A DNA stretch of 64,000 nt from contig NC_087436.1 of NCBI RefSeq assembly GCF_036321535.1, positions 104,100,001-104,164,000 of the forward strand. Reading direction: 5' to 3'. This DNA comes from Camelus dromedarius. Its lineage: Eukaryota. Shown here piece by piece: positions 37,393 to 50,664 of the stretch (its first letter is position 1; each line of letters begins with the position of its first letter). The translations under genes and the position numbers were made by a program. A model generated the notes under the pieces. The model was not told where the DNA came from. It did no database searches and was given only the letters and a program-made list of their open reading frames with translations.

Positions 37393-37760
37393 ACACATAC
37401 CTGCAACATTGTTTGTAGTAACAAAGTATTAGAAACAACCTCAGTTTTCAATACTAGAGGACTAGTTAAACAAACATGAAACAGCTATATAACAAAGGAT
37501 CAAAACGTTCTTTTTAAGCTACACATTTCTTGGAGATTTAGCAAAAAACAAGGTTCAGAATGAGTAATATGCAACTCTTTATGTAAAACATAGGGAAAAA
37601 CAAGATTCTGTATTTGAATCCACTTGTATGTATATAAGGAAACTCTGGGTGGGTGGGGGTGAGATGGACCTGGGCAGGTGTGGGACAAGAATGGGAAAAA
37701 TTTTTTCACTGTAGAATTTTTCTCTTAATTTTAATTTAAATTTTTACCTATTTAAAATTT
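37055..37760 (+). mobile_element. L1ME-type fragment in the opposite orientation, containing a (CA)n tract at 37353-37400
   Basis: aaaagatgctcagtctcactcctaataaga...agggcaatttggcaatatg...gcaacattgtttgtagtaacaaa. Confidence 0.7.
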
Positions 37761-38550
37761 TCTCTTAGCTATTCTCAGGCATTTATCCTTCTATATAAAT
37801 TTTAAGACAATTTTATCCAATCTCTCACCTTCCCAACATTGCTGGCATTCCAACTGTAATCGCGTTAGATTTGTATCTTAATTTGGGGAGGATGGATTTT
37901 TTTTTTTAATTATGTTATGTTCTCAACCAAGACTATGAAATATTCTTCAATTTGTTAAGATTGTGGCTTAGATACTTTGATGTTATAGTTAAATGTCCTC
38001 CTTATCATTTTATTTCTACAAAAGTTTTGACTTTATTGTGAATGAAACATTATTTCCTGTTTTGTTTTTTCAGGTACTTACTCAAAGAAGAGAGAACACA
38101 TTCAATTCTTTTATTAATTCTAGTAGTATTTTATAAAATTGTCTTGAGTTTCCTAAGTATATGACAATATCATCAGCAATTAGAGATTGTTTAGACTCCT
38201 CCAACATTTATACCAGTTATTTAATACTCTTGTCTCAATGCGTTTATTAGAACCCAGACATTGTTAAATAGTAATGATGATTATGGCTTTCCTTTCAAGT
38301 TCCTGATTTTAATAGAAATAGTTTCAGGACTCTGCCATTTAAGTTAATGTTAAATTGAGCCATATGCAATTGTTGTTTTACAGGTCTGAAAGAATTGAAC
38401 ATTGGTGATTTCATATAACTCAATATAAATGTTTGCTCTTGGTTTCCACACCTCTTTTACCTAGTTTTTTATTAGAAATGGCTGCTAAATTTTATCAAAT
38501 GTGTTTTTGGCACTCATTGGTAGGGTCCTATGATTTTTCTCTTTCAATGT

Positions 38551-38976
38551 TGTGGTAAACTGTTACCTGGGTGACGCCGATGAACCACACTTCCCAGTAT
38601 TCCCACCCCTGTGGAGTTCTTCACGTGACTTCAGCCAGTTGGATATTAGCAAGCATGCTGCAGTCAGAGCTTAACAAGCACTTGCACAATGGAATTGGTC
38701 TTCTTGGAACACTCACCCTTAGAAGCCAGGAACTATGATGTAATAAAGATTAGGCTAACCTACTGAGTGATGAGAGGCCATGTTGAATGTTCTAGCCCCA
38801 GCTGAACTCCCAGTCAAAGACAATCACAGCATTTTGAGTGACTCAGCAACAGCCTGTGGGGCAGAACAGCCCAGCTGAGCCCAGCCAAACTACAGAATCA
38901 CAAGCAATAATACATTGTTATTTACTGAAGCCACAGGTTTGAGGTCTTTTGTTAAGTATTAATAGATACTTGGGAA
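38551..38976 (+). mobile_element. MLT1F/G/H-type solo LTR with perfect 5-bp TSD
   Basis: tgtggta...cccagctgagcccagccaaactacagaatcacaagcaataa. The TSD aatgt occurs at 38546-38550 and 38977-38981. Confidence 0.85.
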
Positions 38977-39749
38977 AATGTTGTAGGAATTAATTATATT
39001 GATAGATTTTCTGATACTAAACTAACCTTGAATTATTGGAGTACAAACTCAATCATGAAATTATTCTTCTGATTCATTGCTGGAGTCTGTTGGCCGATTT
39101 GTTTTCACGTTTTGCATTTATGTGTAGTTGATTAGTTGATTTTCTCTTTTAATATCAAATTATAGGACTTTTAACATTTTTCCATGGCCTAGAATTATTT
39201 AAGTAACATTTAATTATTTATTTTTAAAAGTTAAAATTCAACCACTATGCCATCGGTACCAATGGTGGTTTTAAAGTCACCTTTTCCATTTCCTCTACGG
39301 TAATTAACATTTGACTTTTCTAATTCTTTTATGATTAATTTTGATATTTTATATTTTGTTTCAAAAAATCATACATTTCCTTCATTTTTTCCATTATACA
39401 TCCATTTATGACTTTTAATCACTTCTGTATATGTGGTGTGTTTCTTTTTTATTTATAAATGTAAAGCTCATAAAATCTATTTATTATTCTTTGAAAGTAA
39501 TTCAGTTTTGAATTTATTTATCCTTTCATTATTCTGTTGATTTCCGTTTCAATAATGTTCGGTTTTGTCTACTGATTTCATCTTGGTAGTTTCATTTGGC
39601 TTATTTTCTTATTTAAAAAAATTAATTTCAAGCTCCAAAGAAGTAACAAAAAAGCTAGAAAAATATGAATAGCTAATCAATGATAATTCTTGACTAAAAT
39701 AGGAGTTTTTCCTTCAAAAATAAATTGACATTATTAGTATAGAATAGAG

Positions 39750-40270
39750 ATCAGTATTTCTTTTTGCACCTAATATGCATTCCCCCTTCCTTTTGGCAAC
39801 AGCACATCAATTTTCCTTTGAGGACAACATCTCCCTCATCCTCAGTCAACAAGATCTCACCTCCAACCTCAAGGATGGAGGCATATGACTCTGGCCTAAC
39901 TACTCAGAGCTCTGCATCTACCGGGCCACATGACTGGTCCAGGAAAAGTGACATGACCTAAGATGGGCCAATCAAATTTTCCCAGAGCCTGCTAGAACTA
40001 TTAGGAAAGAGACAGACTCTGTCCTTCTGAGATTTCAGGTGCTGTGAAGCAAGAGAGTCTGGAACTGCTGGCATCTGCCTTTATTGCCACTAGAAAGAGC
40101 CTGTCTGAGAATGAAGTCAACACAGAGGCACACGGAGACAAAGAGGTGTATCCTTAATGACATCATGTCACGTCTGAGCCAATTCACCTCCTTTAAACAT
40201 TCTAGTTATAGAAGGGAGTAAATCCCCACTTTTCGCTAGTGAGTTTGAATGGGACTCCTGACACACAGCA
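39750..40270 (+). mobile_element. MLT1K solo LTR
   Basis: cattcccccttccttttggcaacagcac...tgggccaatca...gagcctgtctgagaatgaagtcaacacagagg. Confidence 0.8.
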
Positions 40271-41044
40271 CACGAGGAATCCTGATGGACACAGATTGTG
40301 TGGCCCCTGCATATCTCTTGGCAGAGAGGGGTCAATTCACCACTGGAGGAGTCACTCCACACACTTCAGGCTTTCCTGGCCACATCCCTCACTGGTTCTG
40401 ACTCCCTCCCTCTTGGAAACACCCACTCTCTTGGCTTCTCCAGCCAGTTTCACATTATTTGGTTCTCCAAGTCTTCTGGTTGATGTTAAATGTTGGTAAT
40501 TTTTAAGGATAATGGAGGGAAAAAAAAAAGAAAAACTTTTATTTAAAAGCTGGTTAGAGTTTGAACTTTTTGACTTGGGAGAAAGGCAAAATTTTGATTT
40601 TTAGTCACAGAACTACCTCCTTAATAGGCCCATTGCCTGGAAATGTAGGAAGGCTACAGACTACTCTGGCCGGAATAGTGTGTATGTGTTAGTGTGGAGG
40701 GAGAAGGAGGCCAGGAAAGGAGCTGTGTTCAGGGTACTGGGGGCCTGGAAAGACAGGCTATACAGCCAGGCCCTAATCTGAAGCCACTTCTCAGAATGGG
40801 GCATGTATATCCTATGAGTACTTGCAGGGCGATAGGAAAAATATAGTGTACTTTTTTGGGAGGGTCAGTTTTACTCAAAGATTTTGGAAGGATTGATTAC
40901 TTGTAAATTAAAATAGATATTCTTCAGAATAAAAGGGAAAACTGATGTGAATCTTTAAGACTTCTAAGAAGTTTTATGCTTAGGGCAGGCTGCTTTAGCC
41001 AATGCACCTCCAACTTTCCGGTGACATACAAAAATGATGACATT

Positions 41045-42552
41045 TCTCCCATCTTAAGGAAAGCCCTTTCCTGACCCCATATTCTCCTCCAGCTGTGGCC
41101 CCTTTAATTGGCTTCCTTAATGGCAACACTCGTTCAAAGGGTTGTGTTTAAATGTACTGTCTCTCCTTCTCCTCATCCTGGTCTCTCTTGAACACACCCC
41201 ATCAGTGTTTTGCTCCCACTTTGATCTTGTCAGGTCCCTAGTAGCTTCCATGTTGCTAAATCCAGTGGTCAATGATCTGCCCTCAGCTGAGGTGACCACT
41301 GCGGAATGTGATGTAGTTTATCAGCCTCTCCTCCTGGAAGCACTCTCTTCGGTTGGCTTCTAGGATCCCACATCCCTCTAGGGTCTCATCTCTCACAGTG
41401 GCCATTCCTTTTCCATCTCTGATGGTTCTTCTCTTTCACAGACCACGCAAGAGGGTGGGACAGCCCAGGTCTCAGCCCTTGGATGACTGCTCTATTCACA
41501 TGATCTGGTATGGTGACCTCAGCCAGTCTGTATGCTGACAGCTCCCAAATTGCTGTCTACAGCCTGGACCTTTCCCCTGAATTCCAACTACATACTTGAC
41601 ATCCTCACTTGGATGTATCTAATTCTAATATGCATCTCATACCTAACACACCCAAAAAGGGAACTCCTAATCTTCCCACAATAAACCGTTTCTTCTCCCA
41701 TCTCATTAAACAACAACTCCATTGTTTATATTTTTAGGCTTCACACTATGGAGTCATGATTGACTCCTCTTTTCGCCCCCACATCTGATCAATCAGCAAA
41801 TTGGCTCTGTGTGCACCCCACATCTAGAATTGCCACTCGTTCCACCCCTGGTCTAAGTGTCCGTCATCCATCGTCTCTTGCTCACACTCTCTTAGGCTCC
41901 TAACTGGTCTCCTGGCTTCTGCCTTTGCTCACTATGGGCTATTTTTCAGCAAGCAACCAGAACTATCACTTCAGTACATAAGTCAGACCATGCCATTCAG
42001 TCCTCTGTTTGGAGCCCTCCAATGTCTTCCCAGTTCACTCAGGGGAAAAGCCAAACTCCATCTGATGGTTTTCAAACCTCCGTTTCATCTAGTGTCTTCT
42101 TTCTCCCTACTCAGACCATGCCAGTCCTGCTGGATTCCTTGCTGCTCCTCAAACATACCAGGCCTGCTCTTGGGTCAAATTTCTTCCTTCTGGAATTCTC
42201 TCCCTCAGCTCTGCACATTTCTTACTCCCTCATCTTCTCAGGTCTTGGCTTAAATATCACTTTTCATTGAGTCCTTCCCTGATCACCTTATTTAAAATAG
42301 CATCCTCCTACACCCACACCTGGTACCTACTATTACTCATTCCTAATTAATGTTTTCCTTATGCTTATCACCACTTAATGTACCATGATTTAACTTATTT
42401 ATTCATTCATTCTGTATCTTCCTGTCCTCTAGTGTAAGCTCCATGAGGGCAGAGACTTCTTGCCTGCTTTTTCACTGTTGTATCCTGTGGTTCATTGCAG
42501 GTGCTCGGAAATGTTATTAGAATAAATTGTATCAATAATTAAAGAATGGATG
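41045..42552 (+). mobile_element. Long L2a fragment (RT remnant through the 3' end)
   Basis: ccatgttgctaaatccagtggtca; ctg tat gct gac agc tcc caa att (LYADSSQI, a degenerate YADD) at 41528; 3' end tagtgtaagctccatgagggcagagac. Confidence 0.9.
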
Positions 42553-43223
42553 ACAGAGTTTGTTCTCTTCTATGATTATCACTATGGCTCTTCTCTAGAA
42601 AAGTTTGAGAGTCTCTGTGGGAAGCACCCAAGAGCCATGCAGGGTTTAGAGCAGGAGAGAGAGGGTAGTGACAAAGGAGGATTTGGGGGCAACTGTCTTG
42701 GGCAGAGTGTGGTGGATAGGTTTGGGGGTGGGTAGGGAGGCATGGGGAGGAAACTAGGGGCAGGTTGGCCAATAGGAGGCCATTTTAATAGTCAAGAAAA
42801 AACCTAATGATGACTTTGGCGTTTAAGCCTTTGTGACTGGGACAGAGACACAGCACTGCCAGGGAAATGCCAACAACTGGAGAGGGAGCTACCTCTGAGG
42901 CAGCTCAGTTATGACCTTCCTTCCTTCCTTCATATTTCCCAATAAGCAAGTGATTTTAATAATTATTGGAATGGAAAAGCAAACTATTATTTTTGCATGA
43001 ATATCTTTGGTTGAAAAAAATTTGTCTCATCCATGCTCCATCTCTTTGAGGAAAGTGATAGGCTTTTGTTTTTCTTCAGGAAATATAGGAATGTACTCAT
43101 AAATGCTTCAGTGTATTTTTCTACAATGCCATTTTTGCTCCCCAAATGCAAATTCTACAGCTGGATACTAAAAACATATTTTTAATATTATATTGGCAGT
43201 AATCTAAGAAATAAGACTCTGGT

Positions 43224-43683
43224 ATAAGTGAAATAAGTCAGATAGAGAAAGGCAAATACTATATGATCTGACTTTTATATGTGGAATCTAAAAAGAAAAA
43301 ACCCCAAAACACAAACTCATAGAAAAAAGGTAATATTTGTGGCTACTGGGGGGTGAGGAGGGGAGGGGGACTTGGATGAAAGGTGGTCAAAATGTACAAA
43401 CTTTCAGCTGTAAGTCCTAGGATGCATGCACAACGTGATGACTACATGTAGCACTGCTGGATGGTATATTCACAAGTTAAGAGAGTAGATCACAAGAGTT
43501 CTTCTCAAAAGGAAGGAAAGAATTTTCTTTCTTCTTCTTTATAATATCTATATGAGATGGTGGATGTTAACTAAACTTACTGTGGTAATCATTTCACAGT
43601 ACATGTAAATCCAATCATTAGACTGTATTCTTTAAATTTATACAGTGCTGTGTGTTAATTACATCTCAGTAAACTGGGAAAAA
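43224..43683 (+). mobile_element. 5'-truncated L1 (L1MA9/10-type) with perfect 11-bp TSD
   Basis: The TSD aagactctggt occurs at 43213-43223 and 43684-43694. L1 3' UTR motifs lie between them. Confidence 0.92.
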
Positions 43684-43889
43684 AAGACTCTGGTGCCCAA
43701 CACCTTTGCAACTCCTAAACATAATTCTCTTGGTCTCTCTCTTTCTCTCTCTCAGTACCTAGTTATCTATCCATCCAACCATCTATCATGATAATAGCAA
43801 TCAGGTATATAGCTCATTTATAAAAATATTCCAGGGACTGTTTTGTGCTTTGCAGATGTTCATTTAATTCTTACAACAACTTTACGAAG

Positions 43890-44285
43890 TAGGCTAACTG
43901 CTATACAAGCCACTCTAATTCTCAGCTTCTTAATACAATACAAGTTTGTTTTTCACTCAAGTAATAGTTCATGCAGGTATTTGGCCAGCAGCCTTCCACA
44001 TGGTGATTCAGGGGACCCAGGCTCCTTCCATCTGGGGGCTCCATCACCTCCAGCGCTTCAGGGTCCTCTTAGGCACCCGTAGATGGGGGATAGGATGAGA
44101 GGGAATGTGGAGGGTCACCCAGGAATTTCTCATGGGCCAGGCCTGGAATTAGTGCACATCACTCCCCTCACATTCTGTTCACTGGAGAATTCAGTCCCAT
44201 AGAGACCTATGAGCAAGGGAGGCTGGGCTGGGAAGGACAGTCAGCCTGTGTGTGAGTAGTTGGCACATATCCGTCTTTGCCAAAG
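43890..44285 (-). mobile_element. MLT1J-type LTR nested in a MIR (MIR halves at about 43790-43880 and 44290-44440)
   Basis: gattcaggggacccaggctccttccatctg...ccaggcctggaattagtgcacatcact; the MIR resumes at tttacatctgagaagaccaagg. Confidence 0.7.
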
Positions 44286-44814
44286 GCGGGCACCAGTATG
44301 TTCATTTACATCTGAGAAGACCAAGGTCTAGAAGGTTAAGAGACTGCCCAAGATTACATCAATAAAATGTGATGGAGCCAGGATTCCAACCCAAGCTATC
44401 AGCCCCCAGAGTGTAGGCTGTCTATCAATACAACTATGATGATGTCCCTGGGAGGTGAGGGCCCAGTGACCCCCAGCTGCCCAAACAAGTGGGGGAAAAA
44501 AAGGAACAATGACTTCTAGATCCCCAGAGGGCTCCCATTTCTCTGCTCACTCTCAACCTGCTGTTTCCCCTGAGTGTACAGCCAAGAGGGCCAGAAACTC
44601 AGCCACTATCCCATGTCCACTCCCCTCCCCGCCAGCTGCTTGACAATCAGGGAGCCAGACTCAGCAATCCTCCCATCACAAATGCCTGTCGCCCAGAGCA
44701 TGCTGTCCTCTTAACAGGAAGCCGGCCAGACAGGTGTGTGGGCTGTGGGGGAAGGGGTTAACTGGAAGGTGGAGGAGAGGGGCTGGCAGCATAAAGATGT
44801 TCCAAGTAGTCCTT

Positions 44815-45810
44815 GACACGTAATTTCCGTCGCGGAGGTGGTGTTCGGAACATCATAGGCTATCATTTTATTTTAGGCTCTTTCGTGGGGCCAGGGCAGC
44901 AGGGGGGAACCTGGAGACTTTGCTTCCACCCTCTTCTCAGCTGCGCACTGGTGGTAACTCCTGGCAAGTCACTCAGTCACGCTCTCGGGGCCAAATGAGT
45001 TTAGACGTGATCGAGGCATGCGGCGTGGGGGGTGGGGGGAGTTTTAGGACCGAAAGTAGCTCAATAAAACTAGGGGTCCTCGCCCCACAAAATGCACGTA
45101 GCCACCTAACTGGGCAGGAGGATGCAGACTTCCTGGAGGGACTCCCCAACCACTGGTTAAGATCGGCGGGACTCCGGGGAGTTTTAGCTCGCGTGCTCCT
45201 GCTTTCCGAAAGCCGTGGGGAACCGCTCCCCCGGCTCTGCTGCCTCCTGTGGAAGGAAACCTCGCAGGCACCTCCTGGGCTCCTGTGCCAGCCGCCCCGG
45301 GGCCCGCTGGGCCGTGGAAAGCACAGCCCCTCCCCACAAGCCAAGGCCGCTGGCGGCCTGGCACCGCGCCCCCGGACGTGCTGGCAGACAGACAGCCTTC
45401 TCCACCGAGCCTCGTGCGGGGTGAGTCACGGCCCAAGCGCCTCTGATTCACAGGTAGCATTTATTCGACAAAGGAGGTTGAAGGGGACTTGCTTCCCTCT
45501 GTGACAGCTCATCCTTAAAATCATTTGCTTCTTCGCCGTCAGGGGAGGGTTTCTGCCGTGCGCAGCCTTTCAGCTGCTCCCCGGGAGCTGGGGGAGAGGC
45601 CGGCTGCAGCTGTCCTGGGCACAGGAAGTCCAGGAGCTCCTTGTGAAACGTAAGGGGAACTATAAATACTGTAAAAACTGAGAGCTTCCAAGTTCAAAGG
45701 AAGTCCGGGTGTGGTCAAGGTCAGGCTGAGGAACAAAGGGGGCCCAGAGGGAGATTTTTCTGCTTCCTCTGAACCTCCATGATTCCCTGCTGACTTCCCG
45801 GAGAAGCCAG
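44815..45810. promoter_or_regulatory. CpG island / candidate promoter or strong enhancer
   Basis: About 38 CpG by hand count in 45001-45600, GC-rich and repeat-free. Motifs: GC box ccgccc 45292, AP-1 TGAGTCA 45422, NF-kB-like GGGACTCCCC 45138, ETS GGAAGT near 45625 and 45699. Confidence 0.65.
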
Positions 45811-46074
45811 AATCCCTTAGCATTTCAAGTCCTCTAACTCAGGTCCCATTTACCTTTGCGCCTTCAGGAAACTACCGCTCCAGGTAGCCTCCCTCAGTGA
45901 CACCAGTGTGCTGCCAGCTTTTCCAGGTACACGCTCTCAATGTCCTGTTCTTCCTCCAGACTACCCTTCTTCTCTTTCCATCCATCTCCATCCCATCCTT
46001 GCTCCAGGCCTGCCTGTAATCTATGTCCTCCAGAAACTTTTCTAGACCATTATGAACATAAAGAAGCACAGTCA

Positions 46075-46290
46075 CTCACTCTTGATTGAGTGCCTACCAT
46101 TGCCATGCTTTACAAACCTCACATCTGATTCTTTCATCAATCTTGCAAGGCAAGCATTCTCATCTTGTTTTATAGGTGAGGAAATTGGATTTGAAGGAGT
46201 TAATTAAATCTCCTCAGGTCATGCCGCTTGTAAATGACAGGGCAGCAGCTCTTGCCCAGCTAGCTTTAAAACCACTGTGTTACGCTGCTA
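46075..46290 (-). mobile_element. MIR SINE
   Basis: gattgagtgcctacc...ttttataggtgaggaaattgg. Confidence 0.7.
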
Positions 46291-48652
46291 CACCCACGCA
46301 TGTGTGCAGGCACCCATCTGTCTGCCTGTGCCTGCACCCTCCCATACATCCATTCGACTGACCAGCGCTTCTCAGACTTTTGTTCCTCCCCTAAACCTAC
46401 AGTAGCAAGGCACCTCTCGTCCTCTTCCAACATCCTGGGACATCAGTATCTGTGCCCTTCCCGGCAGCCCAATGCAGTTCAACTTCTTTCCTAGTGGAGA
46501 CATTACCGTTCTAACCAGATTGGTATCACTAAGGACAGGGATCATGCGTCCCTCATAAAGCCTACCCCGGCACTTTGGGCATTTTGGACAGTTACTGACA
46601 ACTGGCTAATGACTGAATATTTACCCTGCTTTCATGGGCAGGCTGAGAAGGTAAAAGCCATATATTCCCACATGACCAGAAGCCAGGAGACCAAGTCCTC
46701 AGATGACCAGGGCCAGGGAAGGCCATGCAAGAAAAATCAAAAACAGAGAAAGGACCTCTTGCCAGAGTCCTGAGCCAGAGTCTCCTGGAACCCCAAAGAA
46801 TCCTAGTTTTACATTCTTTAAAAAACTTTTTGACAGGTGTACATTGCTGTCAAAAAACTCCTGCAGCAAGCATGGAAATTTAGCCTTGAGATTGTAATCA
46901 CAGGAAACAGCACTCAGTTTCCTAAGCAACCATAATTCTTTTTCTCTTCATCCTGTGTGCCTCTCATGACAATGAGATATCTGATGCCTGGAAGACAAAT
47001 CCAAAATGCTCTTCAAAAGCAGCCCAAGTGGTATTTTTAAATGCTCCTGGAGATCCTGGTCCTACGTGGCACAAGGAAAAGGAAATAAATAAAGCAGCGG
47101 TTGCCTGAACCCAACTCTCTTCCTGTTTACATAGGCTGGTGGACAAATAAGCAGTCATTTTACAGTCATCCATGCACATCTGTGTTGACTGAATGGTGTG
47201 GTCCCCACCGCACCCCTGCCCCCAGCTTTGGTTGAATTCTCCTCTTTATTCCTGATCACACTTCATGCATTATTCTCAGTGCGCTGTATTCTGATCACCT
47301 GTTTACTTGGATGCTTCCACCACTAGGCTGTGAACTTCTTGAGGATGATAACCATGCCGTCATCATCACCATCATCACAGTGATCGTTCACGTCTTTCAG
47401 TGCTAACTGTGTGATGGCCATTGTGTTGGCTGCTCTGTGAGCAGCATTATTGGAATTACTGGTGGCTGGTCCAGAAGCCTGGGGGAAGCTTCCTGGAATT
47501 GGCAACCACCAGAAGGTGTGCTCCAGAAACGCTCCTGCCCTGGGTGTGCAAAGCATCCTTCCTAGTTTATTCACCTGCCTCCATCCTTCTATCTTACATC
47601 TTCCCTGTCTGGCTATTATTTTGACATTGTAGTGCCAGTCTTCACACTGAGTTCAAAAAGCATAACCACTTGATTTGTTGGGGATGACAAGTTCTTTTGC
47701 ATCAAAAGGAAAAAATAAGATTGGCCAATGTTTCTACCAAATAGTTTTTTTTTTAAGTGCTTTTTTTATCTTGGAATAAGATATTCCAATTTGTCCTGAT
47801 CTTTCCGGTCTCTTTTAGAATGCTTTTCAGTAGACCTTCAATCTGAAACCAGACTTTTTCCCCCTTGTACATTTCAATAGGTGTTTCTCTAATGCAATGC
47901 AAGTCACTTTTAGCGATCAGCATCCAGAATCAATCACTCCTCATGCTCTTAATTAAATCTGCAAGTTGGAAACTAGTTAGTGAGATTCTTTATTCAGAAA
48001 TACCAAGAGGAACATAAGCAGGCTTCATTTCTGGTTGTAACAATGCCAGTTTTCCATAATCTGACCTTCACTTGACTTCAGTGGACCAGAACCTTTCTTC
48101 AAAGCAGTGTATGTATTTTTATAACCTAGATGCACGAATGACGACAGAGGATTATCTTCGGTCATTAAAGATGTTGGAACACTCTTTATTACAGATGGAA
48201 AAAAAATAGCCCTGTGGTTAGTTTGGATTCCTGTTTGAAGCTGACTTGAGTTGTCTTTTGTTGTCTCAAGGTTGGACTCCAACTGTAGGATTAAAAGTAC
48301 CTGGGTTCTTTAGGACCAATATTTAAAAGCAGATTAGATATGTGACTCATGCATTCTGTAGAATGTATAATACGTGATCATAATAAAATGCAGATATACT
48401 CACAAACGAAAAAACTATTTGTATTCTCATCCCTGAGGAAGCTGTGTTTATTTTCAAGGAAAACTTATTAATGCATTGTGTTCAGGATATATGCCATGTT
48501 TTATTCTTCTGTGATTTTTAAAAATTTGTTTTATAAGAAAAGAATCTACACATCCTTCTGGAATATGAATAAATAAATGATCAGGTACAGAGAAAACTGG
48601 CATTGACACAAGATACTTATGTCAAAAGAAATTTAATTTGACTATAAAGCTT

Positions 48653-49031
48653 TTTTTTTTTGATGTATAAATGATTCACAATGTTGTGTTAATTTCTGGT
48701 GTACAGCATAGTGATTCATTTATACATATATGTATTCCTTTTCATGTTCTTTTTCATTATAGGCCATTACAAGGTATTGAATACAGTTCCTTGTGCTATA
48801 CAGTAGCACCTTGTCATTCATCTATTTTATATATAGTAGTTAGTATCTACAAACCCCAAACTCCCAGTTTATTCCTCCCCACCCCCTTTTACCCATGGTA
48901 ACCATAAGTTTGTTTTCTATGTGAGTCTATCTCTGTAAATAAGTTCATTTGTGCCCCACCCCTTTTTAAGATTCCATGTATAAGTGATACATATAGTATT
49001 TTTCTTTCTCTTTCTGGCTTACTTCACTTAG
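48653..49031 (-). mobile_element. 5'-truncated lineage-type L1 3' UTR with 14-bp TSD
   Basis: Poly-T, then L1 3' UTR antisense. The TSD tgac(t/c)ataaagctt occurs at 48639-48652 and 49032-49045. Confidence 0.93.
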
Positions 49032-49179
49032 TGACCATAAAGCTTCTGATCACTGTTAACCACACTGCAATGCTGGGGAGGTGCTTCAAGGCGGCATAAT
49101 AGAAGGACGGGTCAGTCACCCTCTCCCACAAATACAACATACAATGCTGAATTTAAGACAAAGATGCAAAACTGTCCAA

Positions 49180-49600
49180 GTAATGAAGAGTCCAGCTCCA
49201 GTCTTGACATTTGTTTGCTGAGAATCTTCAAGCTCACCTTCCCCCTTTCCCTGATGGTCCACCACCAGGCAAGCTGAGGAGCCCGCTCAGGGTCAACCTC
49301 CTTTGACACCAGTGGGAAGCTCAAACCATGCAAAGCCCCAGACTCCGTGCAGGAACCCTCACCCCATCCCCAGCTTCTAACCACACACACAAAACCCAGC
49401 CAGTCTCTGTCCCCTGCTCTCTCAAGCCATTTTTGGACCTCCTTCAAAGACTGCCCTGCACTCCCCAGAAAACCTCATCATGAGAGTAATAAACCTCTTC
49501 ATGTCCTCTTGGTGTGTGTGTGTGGCATCGTCAATTTTGACATCTGAATCAAATTTTGGGTGGGGGGAGTCCATCCTGCCTCTGCAAGGTGATCACAGCA
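49180..49600 (+). mobile_element. ERV solo LTR (probably ERV1 class; family not resolved)
   Basis: taatgaagagtccagctcca...gtaataaacctcttcat...caaattttgggtgggg...gatcacagca has an LTR layout with an AATAAA about 110 bp before the CA end. Confidence 0.7.
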
Positions 49601-49863
49601 ATATGGCATGATCCTATTAAAATTTTTTTATATGTACACATATTAATGATTATACCTGTGAGCAGAACACCAAACCACAGAGAAACATACTGAAACATTA
49701 ACAGTGATTAAGTGATTATCTCTAAGCTGAAGGATATGGGTATTTTTCTCCTTTACATATTTCTCTGTACTTTCTAAAATTCTTGCTAAAAAGATATTCT
49801 TTTAAAAATATGTAAGTAAAAAACAACGTTGCATACAATATAGAGGCAAAAATGTTGTGCCTT

Positions 49864-49980
49864 GGGGAGTGGGAATAAAACTCAGTGGTAGAGTGCGTGC
49901 TTAGCTTGCACAAGGTCCTGGGTTCAATCTCCCGTACCTCCATTAAAAAATAGAAAGATAAATAAAGCAGCGAAGTTTTT
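49864..49980 (+). mobile_element. Vic-1-type SINE (short-tail form)
   Basis: ctcagtggtagagtgcgtgcttagcttgcacaaggtcctgggttcaatctcccgtacctcc plus A tail. tgtgcctt is repeated at 49856 and 49987. Confidence 0.9.
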
Positions 49981-50664
49981 AAAAAATGTGCCTTAAATAA
50001 GAGTAAAAAAGAAAATGTTCAAATCATTTTGATTTGTTTTGTTAATCCTGAATTACATACACAAAAACCCAAATCAAGCCTCCCATGATGTGTTCTTCCT
50101 CTTTCTCTTAAAAAAAAAAAAAGGAGGAAATATAACTGCATGAATTTAAGTTTCACTTTTTAGGAAAGTTTTAATCTAATCTTTGAAACTATTTGGATGA
50201 GAGTCAGCATGAGGAAATATATTTCTGCTAAAAAAAAAATCCTTATCCTCAGGACTCAAAGGCTGAACTGAACTCTTTTAAATCGAGAGCCATTTAAAAA
50301 ATGTTAATTAAAAATGTATTAACATTAGCATCCTGTACATGTGTGGCCATTTCCTGTCTTGCAGATTTTCACTCTAAGGACAGTAGCTCTTGTTCTGTAA
50401 ATTTCCTATCAGAAAGACTGGAATAGGAATGAGGCAGAAACTATTATATGCCAGACACACGGCGCCTCCTGGGGAAGGGGTGTTTTTTGCTCCATCTTAG
50501 GGCCGAGGGGACTGGTTTGCAAGGTCACATGACTAGGAAGTTGCAAAGCTAATGTTCAGAATCAGGCAGTCTGACTTAGAAGCCCCACTTTATGATCCAA
50601 CCCTCCTTACTTACCGCTGGATGGTCCCAAAGCAGCCTAATTTAAGGGGCTGAACAAATGGTGG

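Larger units (their letters stand above)
35780..39620 (-). mobile_element. Old, highly decayed L1M (3' UTR into ORF2) hosting several nested insertions
   Basis: Antisense L1 motifs throughout (acatttaggtctttaacccacctagaattcatttttgcatatggggtaa; aattttatcaaatgtgtttttggcactcattg). Confidence 0.7.

Noticed and set aside
44920..45504. 194-aa ORF and overlapping antisense ORFs in the CpG island
   Set aside because: Stop-poor GC-rich DNA gives open frames on both strands. The start is non-ATG and there is no domain.
48025..48282. Minus-strand ORF directly after an acceptor-like ttttaatcctacag
   Set aside because: The peptide is unrecognised and there are no upstream exons or other support. It could be a lncRNA exon but cannot be supported.
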